Assembly: GCF_001194135.2 (NCBI RefSeq)
Contig: NC_068982.1
Span: forward strand, 137,581,766 to 137,645,765
Source: Octopus bimaculoides
Taxonomy: Eukaryota
DNA length: 64,000 nucleotides
Direction: 5' to 3'
In this document: piece by piece, positions 1 to 11,165 of the stretch
How the letters are laid out: the number at the start of each line of letters is the position of its first letter
Numbering within the stretch: the first letter of the stretch is position 1
Notes under the pieces: model-generated
The model's input: the letters and a program-made list of their open reading frames with translations, nothing else
Told to the model about the DNA's origin: nothing
Database searches by the model: none
Program-made: the position numbers and the translations under genes

Positions 1-243
1 ATATATATATATCAAACAAATTGAAAACAGACTGTTATTATGCACATATATATATATATATATATATATGCACATGCCAATGTATATATATATATAAACA
101 CACACTCACACATGCCCATATATATATAAACACACACTCACACATGCCCATATATATATAAATACACACACACACCCACATACACACATACACACACACA
201 CACATATAAACACACATACACATAAACACACACACAGAGACAC

Positions 244-281
<38 letters not shown>

Positions 282-291
282 NNNNNNNNNN

Positions 292-331
<40 letters not shown>

Positions 332-909
332 TGTACAGCTATTGTCATTGATTCTGAGAATGTAAAGTGTATAGTTGAAAACGTTTCTACAAAGCAGTGG
401 AGTGTGTATGATTTGATTTGATTTGATTTGATCTAGTTTCAGCTCATGAGCTGTGGCCATACTGGGGCACCGCCATTTATTGTTGCTACATAATTTTACT
501 TCACTAATTCTTTTTAGAAGTTGATGTTTGGTGTGTGAGGGAGTTATGTATGCCTAGAAAATATTTGAAATAACTACTGGTATGTATGCCAAGTTGTACA
601 TATTTACCTGCATAAACAAACAGAGAGAGAGAGAGAGGGGAGGGGTGTAAAGATACGAATGACTGAAAGCATGAAAGGGAATGTCAGGGTGTGTGTGTGT
701 GTGTGTGTAGGTGTGTGGTTAAATAACTATACTTATTATCAAGGTATGTGCTTGTAAATATATTTTCACACTAAATATTTATATATGTATATATATACAT
801 ACATACATGTGTGTGTATATCTACATACACACACATATGTATGTATGTATATATATATATATACCTGAATGTATGTGTGTGTGCATATATATACACACAT
901 ACATATGAA

Positions 910-1025
<116 letters not shown>

Positions 1026-1381
1026 AGAAAGAAAGAAAGAAAGAGACTGTGTCTTTTGATATCTGCACAATGCACTTCTGGCCTTGAATCTTCAATATAT
1101 GCAAACAAGCTGACCTGAACTTGGTTGCTGAATCTGTTAGAAATAGCAGCGAAATTCCTCTTGGAGAAATTTAAAGAAGTGGAAAGAACACATTAGACAA
1201 AAGTATAGTCCTAAATACCACCCATAAAACAGGACAGTTACAACTGGAATGGCTTTGATCACAGGCCTGCTCAGTTAGGGTTGACCCAGGGCTAAACATC
1301 AGTGACCTATACAGATATTTGAAGCATTTATAAAGATATCTACCAGAAATCTAGAAATAGTAGTGTGGGGGTGGGGGTGAG

Positions 1382-1419
<38 letters not shown>

Positions 1420-2091
1420 GCGCAGCAGCAGCATTGGAATTGATGTTAGTAATGGTGATGGTAGCAGTAGTAACAGAAGCAGGAGTAGCAACAGCAGTTG
1501 TTGTTGGGCCCCAGGTCAGCTCTGATCCAGCAGACTTCTGTCTTTTTCTAAGACAATAGGCTGTGTGTGTGATTTACAGGAAATCTGGCTTCTATTTCTA
1601 GCATGTCAGTGACTGCCCACAGGCATCCCCAATCACTTGCCACCAGTGATGTAGAATTTTAATATGAGTAGAGTTAAACTGTAATGATCAGATAACGGAT
1701 CCCTAAGTACATCCTCCCTTATGACCATCATCCTCATCATCATTTTCAAGGCCTAGTGACTGTGAAGTCAGAAGTTTGCTGCTTAACCACATGGTTTCAG
1801 GTTCAATCCCACAGTGTGGTACTTTGGGCTTCTTTCTTGTAATATAGCCCCAGACTGACCAAAGCCTTGCAAGTGGGTTCAGTAGATGGAACTGAAAGAA
1901 GCCCATCATATATATATATATATATATAGGGAAAATTCACAAAAAAACAAAAGACGAAGGCAGGTGTATAAACAACAAACAGATGTATTAGTTTAACACT
2001 CGGGAACTGAAAAAGACTTTAACGTTTCAAGCCTACGCTCTTCCACAGAAAGGAACACAGAAAGAAACAAGGAGAGAAACANNNNNNNNNN

Positions 2092-2122
<31 letters not shown>

Positions 2123-2151
2123 GTAAAAATATGTGACACTTATTCGGTAGC

Positions 2152-2218
2152 CATATTAAAACTCCGAGTTTCGGATGCCAGGGTGGGAACCCACGCTGCC
2201 ATCTCTTCAGTTATCTGG
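2152..2218 (-). ncRNA. Type-I hammerhead-ribozyme-like motif
   Basis: Minus strand: ccagataa-CTGAAGA-gatggcagcgtggg tt cccaccctggcatc-c-GAAA-ctcggag-T-T-ttaatatgg. Intact core, long helix II, near-palindromic helix III (ACTCGGAGT), imperfect helix I. Confidence 0.55.
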
Positions 2219-2759
2219 CCATTGAAAAGTCCTGTGCAATCCAACTGAATCCCTTGTCATCATAACTGACAGAGTGCAAGTTTTTTTTTTGGGTTTGTTT
2301 TTGTTTTATAGAGTGGACCTGTCTGCTGTACATTATGTGGACACTCATCTAATCCTCAATGAGTACTGGACACTTATCTAATCCTCAATCTCATCCTTGA
2401 GGCTCCACTTCCCATGTCTTACTCTGCTGTGAACACAGTGAAGTTTTCACCCAGCATTCACCATCCAAGTCTCTTCCATAGATACTGGTTTCAAATTTTG
2501 GCACAAGGCCAGCAATTTCGGGGGAGAGGTAAGTCAATTACATCAACCCAGTGCTCGATCAATATTTATTTTATTGACCTTAGAAGGATAAAAGACAAAG
2601 TCGACCTCAATGGAATTTGAACTCAGTGGACGAAATGCCACTAAGCATTTTGCCCAGCATGTTAACAATTCTGCCCTTCCCTCTTGTAGTGTATATATTG
2701 ACCAATATTTTCCATCAAAACTATTCTCTAAACTCATTCCTGTTCAATCTTCCATATTG

Positions 2760-2910
2760 GCTAATGTTAGATGCCCAGTGCTTCACATACACAACTCTTC
2801 TCTCTAGCCTAGATAGATTTTCCCTCATTCAATGCTGCATGCCTCGCTACCATACAGCATTACATTCTATACACATGGTTCACGCAGTCTACATTCTGCA
2901 GAGAGAGAGA
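2760..2910 (-). mobile_element. Decayed RTE-clade LINE ORF2 fragment
   Basis: Minus strand gives NVMLYGSEA followed by a broken ..LSRLER-like segment, the RTE post-RT motif VMLYGSETW, with stops and frameshifts. Confidence 0.5.
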
Positions 2911-4956
2911 GAGAGAGAGAAAGAAACCATTTGTTGCTAACATGAATAACAGCTCTTTAAGCATTTCGCACCCAGTACAATCACTTTCAGCTCAAATTGT
3001 TGACCAGCACTAGGTTGACTCTGATCCAGCAGGCCTGGAATCAAAAGTGCTCCAGCCATGACTATCCCAACTCTTTCTCAGACAAGATAATCTCCTTTTA
3101 GAAAAGCAATGTCTGCTTCAAAATAAGTATGGACTGCTATATCTAGCAAGAACACAGAAGCTCCTTAATTGGCTCACCTAATAACTAGTTAGATTGCCTA
3201 GGTAACGGCAAGTAGCAAATGAAATCTTTCTGAGAATTTGGACCATGATAGACTCATTAGCACCACAGACTTATCAAAACTATCAACCACCATGACCATC
3301 ACCACTTTATTGCAGATTCAGGAATGAATGAGTACGAAGCTCTTTAATTCAAACCCTTACTATGAGCTTTGTTACATACATTTAGTCAATAACACTTCAC
3401 TATACACACCTCTGTTTACTTAGATGATGTGAACAGGCCCCAAATCCTATGGGAATAGGTACTTGCACGGAATGACACTGTATCCAATAAACTATGTCAC
3501 ATTTCAAGCAATGAAACCAGAGATAATCATTGACTATTAAAACTCTCCTGTGTGATTATGAGACATTTTAACAACACAATGGCTTTATACAAGATATTGC
3601 TTGTCTATATACAAGCCTGACCATAAATACCTGATTCTCCACCTACTGAGCTATTATATAGGTAGATGTGGTCAACTATGACTTTCATCTTTCTGGAATT
3701 GATAAAATAATGTACAAGTGAAGCACTGGACTTTAATACAGTGTATCCTATGTGTGAGGAGGGGAGGGAGAAGTGAGGACAGAGAAATTAATATCATTAA
3801 CTCACCTGAGACTACCCCAAGTTCTATGATACAAACTTTCTGTTTAAACCCTTTTGTTACCATATTTCTATTGAGGTGTTGTGTGTTTCTTTCAATTAAT
3901 TTTAAATATAATAAAGAAGTTAAGAAAATAACTTCGTTATCATTCAGCTAATGTTAGGAACATAGATTGTGACTAAGGTTCAGGATTTATGTTCCAAACA
4001 CCAGCTTAAAAATGACAAAGTTATTTCGATAAATCCTTCCTTAATTCCAGAATTAAATGAAACTAAGATAATTATTTCATCAGAAATACTTAAACAAAAG
4101 AGTTGATAAAATTAACAGGGTTTAATGTTTTAAACTTGTCCAAACATCACAGTCAAGAAAGAGCACTCATACAGATCATCATCTTCATGACTTAACATCT
4201 GTTTTCCATGTTGGCATGGGTTGGATGGTTTGACAGGAGCTGGTGAGGCTGAGAGCCATACCAGGCTCCATTGTCTGTTTTGGCATCGTTTCTACAGCTG
4301 GATGCCCTTTCTGATGCCAACCACTTTACAAAGTGTACTGGGTGCTTTTCATGCGGCACCAGCATTGACTGGGTTACTAAATACCTTACAAAAGGAAAAT
4401 AAAAGGGCAAAGACTCCCTCAAATGGGATTGAGGGGTAGTATAGGGGGAGGCTGCATGCCAGTTGAGAGATTAAAGGTATAGAGAGACAGAGATAGGAAC
4501 CTTGCAGCAGTTGGTGGGATAAAAACGATCAGGATAGTCACAGCTTTAATACTTTTGATTGTAGGTATTCTCAATCAGGGCTGACCTGGGGTTAAATAAC
4601 AACAACAGCTATATTCATATACAACCAACCAATTAAATCATCATTTTAAGGTCCACTCATGCTTGCATGTGTCAGATGGAGTTTACTGAAGCAGATTTTC
4701 TATGACCAGATGCTCTTCCTGTTGCTAACCTTCTCTCATTTCCAAGCAAGGTAATATTTCCCCTTGACCAGACATGTTTTCATAGAAGATTAGAAATGAA
4801 TGATATTTCTTACAGGATAGTTACAGTGAGACTGAATTACAACTGCCGAGCGATATCAAGACAGATATACATATATATGGTGTATGTGTGTGTAAGACAA
4901 GATTCATTCAGTTTCTATCTACATAAGATGTACCATCCTGAGTGTGACCGTTGCCA

Positions 4957-5262
4957 GTACCGCCTGACTGGCCTTGTAGGGTTTTCGAGTGAGATCGTTG
5001 CCAGTGCCCCTGGACTGGCTCTTGTGCAGGTGGCACATAAAAGACACCATTTCGAGCGTGGCCGTTTTCGTGCGGGTGACACGTAAAAGCACCCACTACA
5101 CTCTCTGAGTGGTTGGCGTTAGGAAGGGCATCCCGCTGTAGAAACTCTGCCAAATTAGATTGGAGCCTGGTGTAGCCATCCAGTTGCACCAGTCCGCAGT
5201 CAAATCGTCCAACCCATGCTAGCATGGAAAGCGGACGTTAAACGATGATGATGATGATGATG
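4957..5262 (+). mobile_element. SINE-like repeat family B (core gttaggaagggcatccagctgtagaaac, 3' tail ggacgttaaac(gat)n); representative copy
   Basis: The same sequence recurs many times, e.g. 23640-23815, 24213-24410, 30213-30535, 38463-38750, 43303-43620, 47770-48530, 58025-58400, 58880-59290, 61365-61620 and 62525-62900. Confidence 0.8.
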
Positions 5263-5407
5263 AAGGCTACATTTTCATCTATGTAAAATGCAAAGTAGTC
5301 TATGAAACAGCAATAATTGACAGAAATAAGTTACATGCTGAGAACAAGAGTTAAGAAAATATTGTTAGTTTAACCAGTTTAAATCAATATGGTAACGAAA
5401 GGGTTAA

Positions 5408-5629
5408 CCCTTTCCTTACCATATTTATTTTGAGAGGATGTGTGTTCCTTTCAATCAATTTTAAATATAACAAAGAATTTAGTAAAATAACTCAGTTATC
5501 ATTCAGCTAGTGTTAGGAACATAAATTGTGACTAAGGTTTGGTGGAAGATTTTAATTCAAAACTTATGGAAACAAGACATTTGTACTACAGAGCTTGAGG
5601 CGGTTTCAGCTAGGTTGGTATCGAAAGGG
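5408..5629. mobile_element. piggyBac-like MITE
   Basis: CCCTTT...AAAGGG termini flanked by TTAA on both sides (5404-5407, 5630-5633). A related copy lies at ~3848-4120. Confidence 0.75.
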
Positions 5630-6486
5630 TTAAAATCTACTTAGAACGGGCAATTATTCTTATGAAAATGTGAATGGCCATTTTTGTTACAAGATGGAAA
5701 AATCAGATAAGGATAGGATGATTGTTTGAAATCGTTCTAGAGAAGATTTACAACAATAGATTCTGAAATGATGAACTAAAGACAGGTCAAACGAAGATAC
5801 TAAACAGATCAGACTGTTTCCGGGAATCAAAGATTGGATTTAAAGTCTGTGAAGTATCTACAAAAGAAAGAAATCTCTTTGGTTTATCTATCAGCATGAA
5901 TTGTTATTTTCAACTACAGCTATTTTATAAACAGTTTCAATGTTTATCTTAAATGGATAAGCATTGTCAGTTGTTTAGTTGTATGTCATTTGTAAACTAA
6001 GACGCATCTAGTGAATCTTTAGTGGAATCTTGGTATATTTACAGCTTTCCTGAGTTAACCCGTCAGCATTTAAACTGGCCACATCCAACCCATATATTCT
6101 ACCTGTCTTATGTTCAAATCAGCCAGATCAGGCTTCTCACATCTATCCAACAATGTAATTCTGTAATTCTAAAGATAAAGCATCACATCATCATCATTTA
6201 ACATCTGCTTTCCATGCTGGCATGGGTTGGAAAGTTTGACTTGAAACTGGTAAGCTAGGAGGCTGCATCAGGTTCCAGTTAAGAAAACATCTTGGATAGA
6301 TTGGTTGATATATTAGATGGATATCAAGTTCAATAATTAACTTTATTAATGGTTTATTGCAAAACTTGTTACTGTTATGGAACCTTTGAAATACATTCCA
6401 TGTCTCAGAATCCCTACACAAAAATTACTTTATAACTTAAATAATCTATCTTCTTCTTCATGAAGATGAATTTCATAAGAGATTAA

Positions 6487-6904
6487 CCCTTTCAATGCCA
6501 TATTTCTGTTGGAAAAAACTACCACTGTGCTGGTGTTATGTATGAAGCACCTGTACCAGTGCCATGTAAGGACCACCAGTACCAGCACCATGTAAAAGAG
6601 CACCTAATACACTCTGTAAAGTGGTTGGTGTTAAGAAGGGCATCCAGCCATGCCAAAGCAGACGACTGGAACTTGTTGTAGCCCTCCAGCTGGCCAGCTC
6701 CTGTCAAACCATCCAACCCATGCCAGCATGGAAAACAGATGCTAAATGATGATGTCAAGTAATTTTAATATTATTAAGTCAGTGTTTGAAACAAAAAATT
6801 AACATGAAATTTTGATGTAAGGCTGTAATTTAGATCACTTTAAAACTGGAAGATCGTATCACAGAACCAGGCTGGTTGTCCCTGGTTGATTGGTATCAAA
6901 AGGG
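6487..6904. mobile_element. piggyBac-like MITE with nested family-B SINE fragment
   Basis: TTAA|ccctttcaatgcc ... ggtatcaaaaggg|TTAA, with SINE sequence inserted at ~6520-6755. Confidence 0.7.
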
Positions 6905-7137
6905 TTAACCAAATCATAAAACTAATTTTGAAATGTCCAGCAGTACTAAATCCATCAGATGCTACTAAGAAGGCCAGAGAAGTTTCAGTTTGACTAAGAC
7001 TCTGTTCAAGATGAAATTCCCCTACATTTCCCTACTGAGGGGTCATTTCTCTCCCAGGCTCTCCTTAATATTTACAGATGCCAAGATTTCTCTACCGTAC
7101 AGAATATGGCGAGCATTTGCAAAAGAGAAAATTAGAG

Positions 7138-7550
7138 GTGCAGTCGTGGCTGTGTGGTAAGAAGCTTGCTTCCCAACCACCTGATTTCAGGTTCAGTCCC
7201 ACTGCATGGCACCTTGAGCAAGTGTCTTCTACTACAGCCTTGGGCCAATCAAAACCTTCTGAATGGAATTGGCAGATGGAAACTAAAAGAAGCCTGTTGT
7301 GTGTGTATATATACACATATATATATATTATATATGTGTGTGTGTGTGTTTCTGTCTGTGTTTGTCCTCCACCACTGCTTGACAACCGGTATTAGTGTGC
7401 TTATTTCCCCATAACTTAGTAGTTCAGCAAAAGAAACTGATAGAATAAGTACCAGGCTTAAAAAGTGTACTGGGATCAATTCATTCAACTAAAATCCTCC
7501 AAGGTGATGCTCCAGCATGGCCACAGTCTAATGACTGAAACAAATAAAAG
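7138..7550 (+). mobile_element. tRNA-derived SINE family A (A-box TGGCTGTGTGG, B-box GGTTCAGTCCC, central (TA)n/(TG)n, tail gaaacaagtaaaaga); representative copy
   Basis: Recurs at 12822-13140(+), 31465-32020(-), 46418-46817(+), 46961-47378(-), 50685-51060(-), 51525-51889(-) and 59704-60084(+), with many fragments elsewhere. Confidence 0.85.
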
Positions 7551-8866
7551 CTAAAACCACCATTTCAAGTCCCTGTTCCATGCTGTTATCATTTGGATGG
7601 TTTGACAAAACCTCAGGGCTGCATCATACTTCAATAGTTTTTTACAGCTGGATGCCATTTCTAATACCAGTCTCTTTACAGCATGTACTGGGTGCTTCTA
7701 GTCATGCCACCAGTGAGATCGTAATGCAACTAGCAAGACCATGAACCCCAAGAGAGGTGGCTTTATGCAAGGAGATGAAGGGTTAAAGTATGAAAGAAGG
7801 GGCCAAAGCAGAAGAGGTTTCCTGCTGTGGTGGAGTGACATTACTACTCATATTTTAGAAGAAAGGGTGGGAGGGGTGATCAAGGTGAGACTAGAAAAAG
7901 ATAAAAAATAGTAGTGATAAGCTGAGTGTCTACTTCACTTTCTCCTACTGACAACTCCCCACAGCTCGTCTGCCACTTCAAAACTCCCTCTGGCCCATCC
8001 TTGCAGGTCACTTTCCTTCATTCACTTTCAGGATGTGACTTCACCGTCATCTCTATCTCTCTTTCTTGTGCAGCTGTCCCTCACATTTTCCACCCTTATA
8101 ACATGGAATAACTCTGGATCCTTCTCTCCACAACTTACCTCATCACCTTACCACTCCATCCTTCCTCTGTTCCCTGCAATTGCCTCCTCCCTCCCTCAAA
8201 CGTTACTCTCTCCACAACTGCCCTCTCACAACTATAAGTCTGTTCCTCTCACATTACATCATCCCATCTCATCACCGTGCCTAGAATCATTCCCTCCTCT
8301 TTCTCCTATTCTCTTTCAACTATAGGGAAAACTTTACTCTCTTCATCTTGTAGAGCAACCCACCTCAATTGCGCAGGTGCCAAGCAAAAAGCACCCAGTA
8401 AGCTATGTAAAGTGGCTGGCATCTGGAAGGCCATCCAGCTGCTGAAACCACGTGAAAACAGGCATTGGAGCATAGCGGTCCTTTGATTCGTTGGATCTTG
8501 TCAAGCTAACCAATCTATGGCAGCATGGAAGATGATCTTACATACATACATACATACATGTGTGCATGCCTGCGCACACACACCGCAATGTCCAGTCCTT
8601 GTTGTGGTGTGCTGGCTTGTGTACCTTTAATGCTCCTGAGAGCTATATACTGGTGGAATGCAAGCTCCAGGTAGGGCCACACATGCTGAAAGGACGACGG
8701 ATAGAGGCTAGACTAATATGGACCGCTTCTTCTCAGAGGTAAAAATGGAATTGCATAGGGCCAACACCCCCATCTAGAAATAGTAGTTACCGAAACATCG
8801 ATGACAATTAAAAACCACAAAAAATAAATAAACTGGGAGAGGAAGGCCTTTTCTAAGAGAAATGAG

Positions 8867-9839
8867 GGTGGACATTGGAATTAGACACTGAGGGAAAATG
8901 GCAGTAACTTTTTTATTTTTTAATTTTGACGATTTTCGTTTTCGATAATGTGTTCTATATGTCACGGTCATGCGATTCCCCCTAAAAAAAATTTTGGACC
9001 CCAAATCCCCCCTCCCCCCACACACGGGGGTGAGGTATTTTTTCTTTTTTTTTTTTGGCGATTTTCATTTTTGACATTGTGTTCTACATGTCCAGGTCGT
9101 ACGAATAGCCTTCTCGCAACTTAGATGTGAAAATGAACGGCTTACATTTATATTGAAACAGAAAAAGGATCATATGTGGAGTCCCCACCACGAAACTTGA
9201 TATGCTAGAAATAACAGCTAAACGCGGACAATCCAAATCTTGCATTGGTCCAGATGGACTATATGTAAATAAATATGANNNNNNNNNNNNNNNNNNNNNN
9301 NNNNNNNNNNNNNNNNNNNNNNNNNNNNNNNNNNNNNNNNNNNNNNNNNNNNNNNNNNNNNNNNNNNNNNNNNNNNNNNNNNNNNNNNNNNNNNNNNNNN
9401 NNNNNNNNNNNNNNNNNNNNNNNNNNNNNNNNNNNNNNNNNNNNNNNNNNNNNNNNNNNNNNNNNNNNNNNNNNNNNNNNNNNNNNNNNNNNNNNNNNNN
9501 NNNNNNNNNNNNNNNNNNNNNNNNNNNNNNNNNNNNNNNNNNNNNNNNNNNNNNNNNNNNNNNNNNNNNNNNNNNNNNNNNNNNNNNNNNNNNNNNNNNN
9601 NNNNNNNNNNNNNNNNNNNNNNNNNNNNNNNNNNNNNNNNNNNNNNNNNNNNNNNNNNNNNNNNNNNNNNNNNNNNNNNNNNNNNNNNNNNNNNNNNNNN
9701 NNNNNNGTCCAAAATTTTTTTTAGGGGGAATCGCATGACCGTGACATATAAAACACATTATCGAAAACGAAAACCGCCAAAATTAAAAAATAAAAAAGTT
9801 ACAGTCATTTTCCCTCAGTGTCTAATTCCAATGTCCACC
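8867..9839. mobile_element. Non-autonomous DNA transposon with long terminal inverted repeats (superfamily not assigned)
   Basis: 8867-8999 is the near-perfect reverse complement of 9707-9839; an assembly gap lies at 9279-9706. Confidence 0.7.
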
Positions 9840-10742
9840 GAAATTAGGTATAGCATAATCTGAAAGGAAGCTACAAGACCGACTCCCGTTCTGACCATCA
9901 GGAGAAAATTCCAAAATTAACCTACAAGGGAAGTGGAAGGAAATAACTAGGGATGGGATCTTGAGACAGTGCTGAAAGAGCAGGGATCCAATTAGGCAGA
10001 AGAAGAAATGACAGCCCAGAGGTGATAACAAGTTATCCTTAGCGTATGTTTCATAGGGAGTGAAAGACTTAAGTAGTAATACAAACATATATACATATAA
10101 ATACATACCCATACATTATAGATACATATGTATAGAGATACACATACATATGTACCTCATATAATGAAACATGTATATTATACATATGTTCTGTGTGTGT
10201 GTGTGTGTACGTATATTTATATATTTACATATGGATATATATTATACACACACACATATATAAACACATATGCATGCGTACATTTACACATGCACATACG
10301 TAATAGTTAATTTTTACAAGGTAAACGTTGACAATAACTTCGAAGTCCCAGTTTATCAACCGTCGTCAGATTGTCTGCTAAGTGTTAGTTAGACAGCCGA
10401 AACTTCGCAGTCACAGTCGACCTTTCCATTGTAAAAAATAAATGAACACGGTACTCAACTAAAAAGGTACTAAGTAATGTTCAACTGTTTTTATAGCTAA
10501 CTGTACACAAAAACAAAAAGTACATATATATATTTAGCTGATAGAGTACATATAAACATACACACATATAACGTGATAACATGATGGAACTAAAATTGAT
10601 TTTCGTCTTTGTTTTGCTCGCAGAGAAATACATAACATTCTTCTAGCGAAGTGGTAAATATGCAATCTCGACACTGGACATGCATGACAACAATATCAAC
10701 ATCCAAACAGTTAAACATTTATATATATAAATTTATACACAC

Positions 10743-10798
10743 CTATTCCTATTTTCATCCTCAACATCAGGCGATGACGATGTTCCAGCTTCGCTCAT
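10743..10798 (-). CDS. Possible first coding exon of an unidentified gene: MSEAGTSSSPDVEDENRN-(R)
   Basis: aaagATGa start, 56 nt open, ending at AG|gtgtgt, just downstream of a CpG-rich non-repeat region. No downstream exon could be convincingly linked. Confidence 0.25.
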
Positions 10799-11150
10799 CT
10801 TTGATTATTTATAAAATATTTCGCAAATATTTTTAGGGGTGGAATTGAACAAAAATAACAAATAACAATCTCAGCTGCCCCTTTTTCGGTAAACCTCACC
10901 AGTTTTACCGCAAGTTTTTCTTTGTTAGATTAAATGATTCCGTCTCTTGTTCGGCCAGCAGCAATTTCTGTATTTATATCCGATCGGATGAGGAGATGTT
11001 AATGTGATGGTTGTTACATATGAATTAAACACGCACTGACTGGTAAGAAGGAACAGCAACAAAGCTAGCAATGTACATTTCAACCGTCACTCCACACCCT
11101 CCTCTTCCTCCGCCTCCTCCTCTTTATTGTTGCTTTTCGCATGGGACACG

Positions 11151-11165
11151 CGGCGCCCCCTGGTG
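11151..11165 (-). promoter_or_regulatory. CTCF-like motif within a CpG-enriched, promoter-like unique region (~10880-11460)
   Basis: Minus strand reads CACCAGGGGGCGCCG, a close match to the CTCF core consensus CCACCAGGGGGCGC. Local CpG density is visibly above the flanks. Confidence 0.4.

Noticed and set aside
3806-3839. Candidate minus-strand micro-exon with a strong cag|gtgagt donor
   Set aside because: The acceptor has no polypyrimidine tract (it abuts a MITE terminus) and neither open frame gives a recognisable peptide.
7078-7137. Candidate plus-strand exon tttacag|ATGCCAAGA...GAG|gtgcag
   Set aside because: The donor is the first bases of a SINE, the peptide is unrecognised, and no partner exons were found.
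9084-9758. ORFs of 150-290 aa spanning N runs (also 13.3-13.9, 26.0-26.8, 28.2-28.6 and 35.9-36.7 kb)
   Set aside because: Their length comes from assembly gaps translated as X.
10330-10410. Hammerhead-like pieces (CTGACGA on minus, cagccgaaac on plus)
   Set aside because: The two half-cores are on opposite strands and no helix I/II register forms on either strand.
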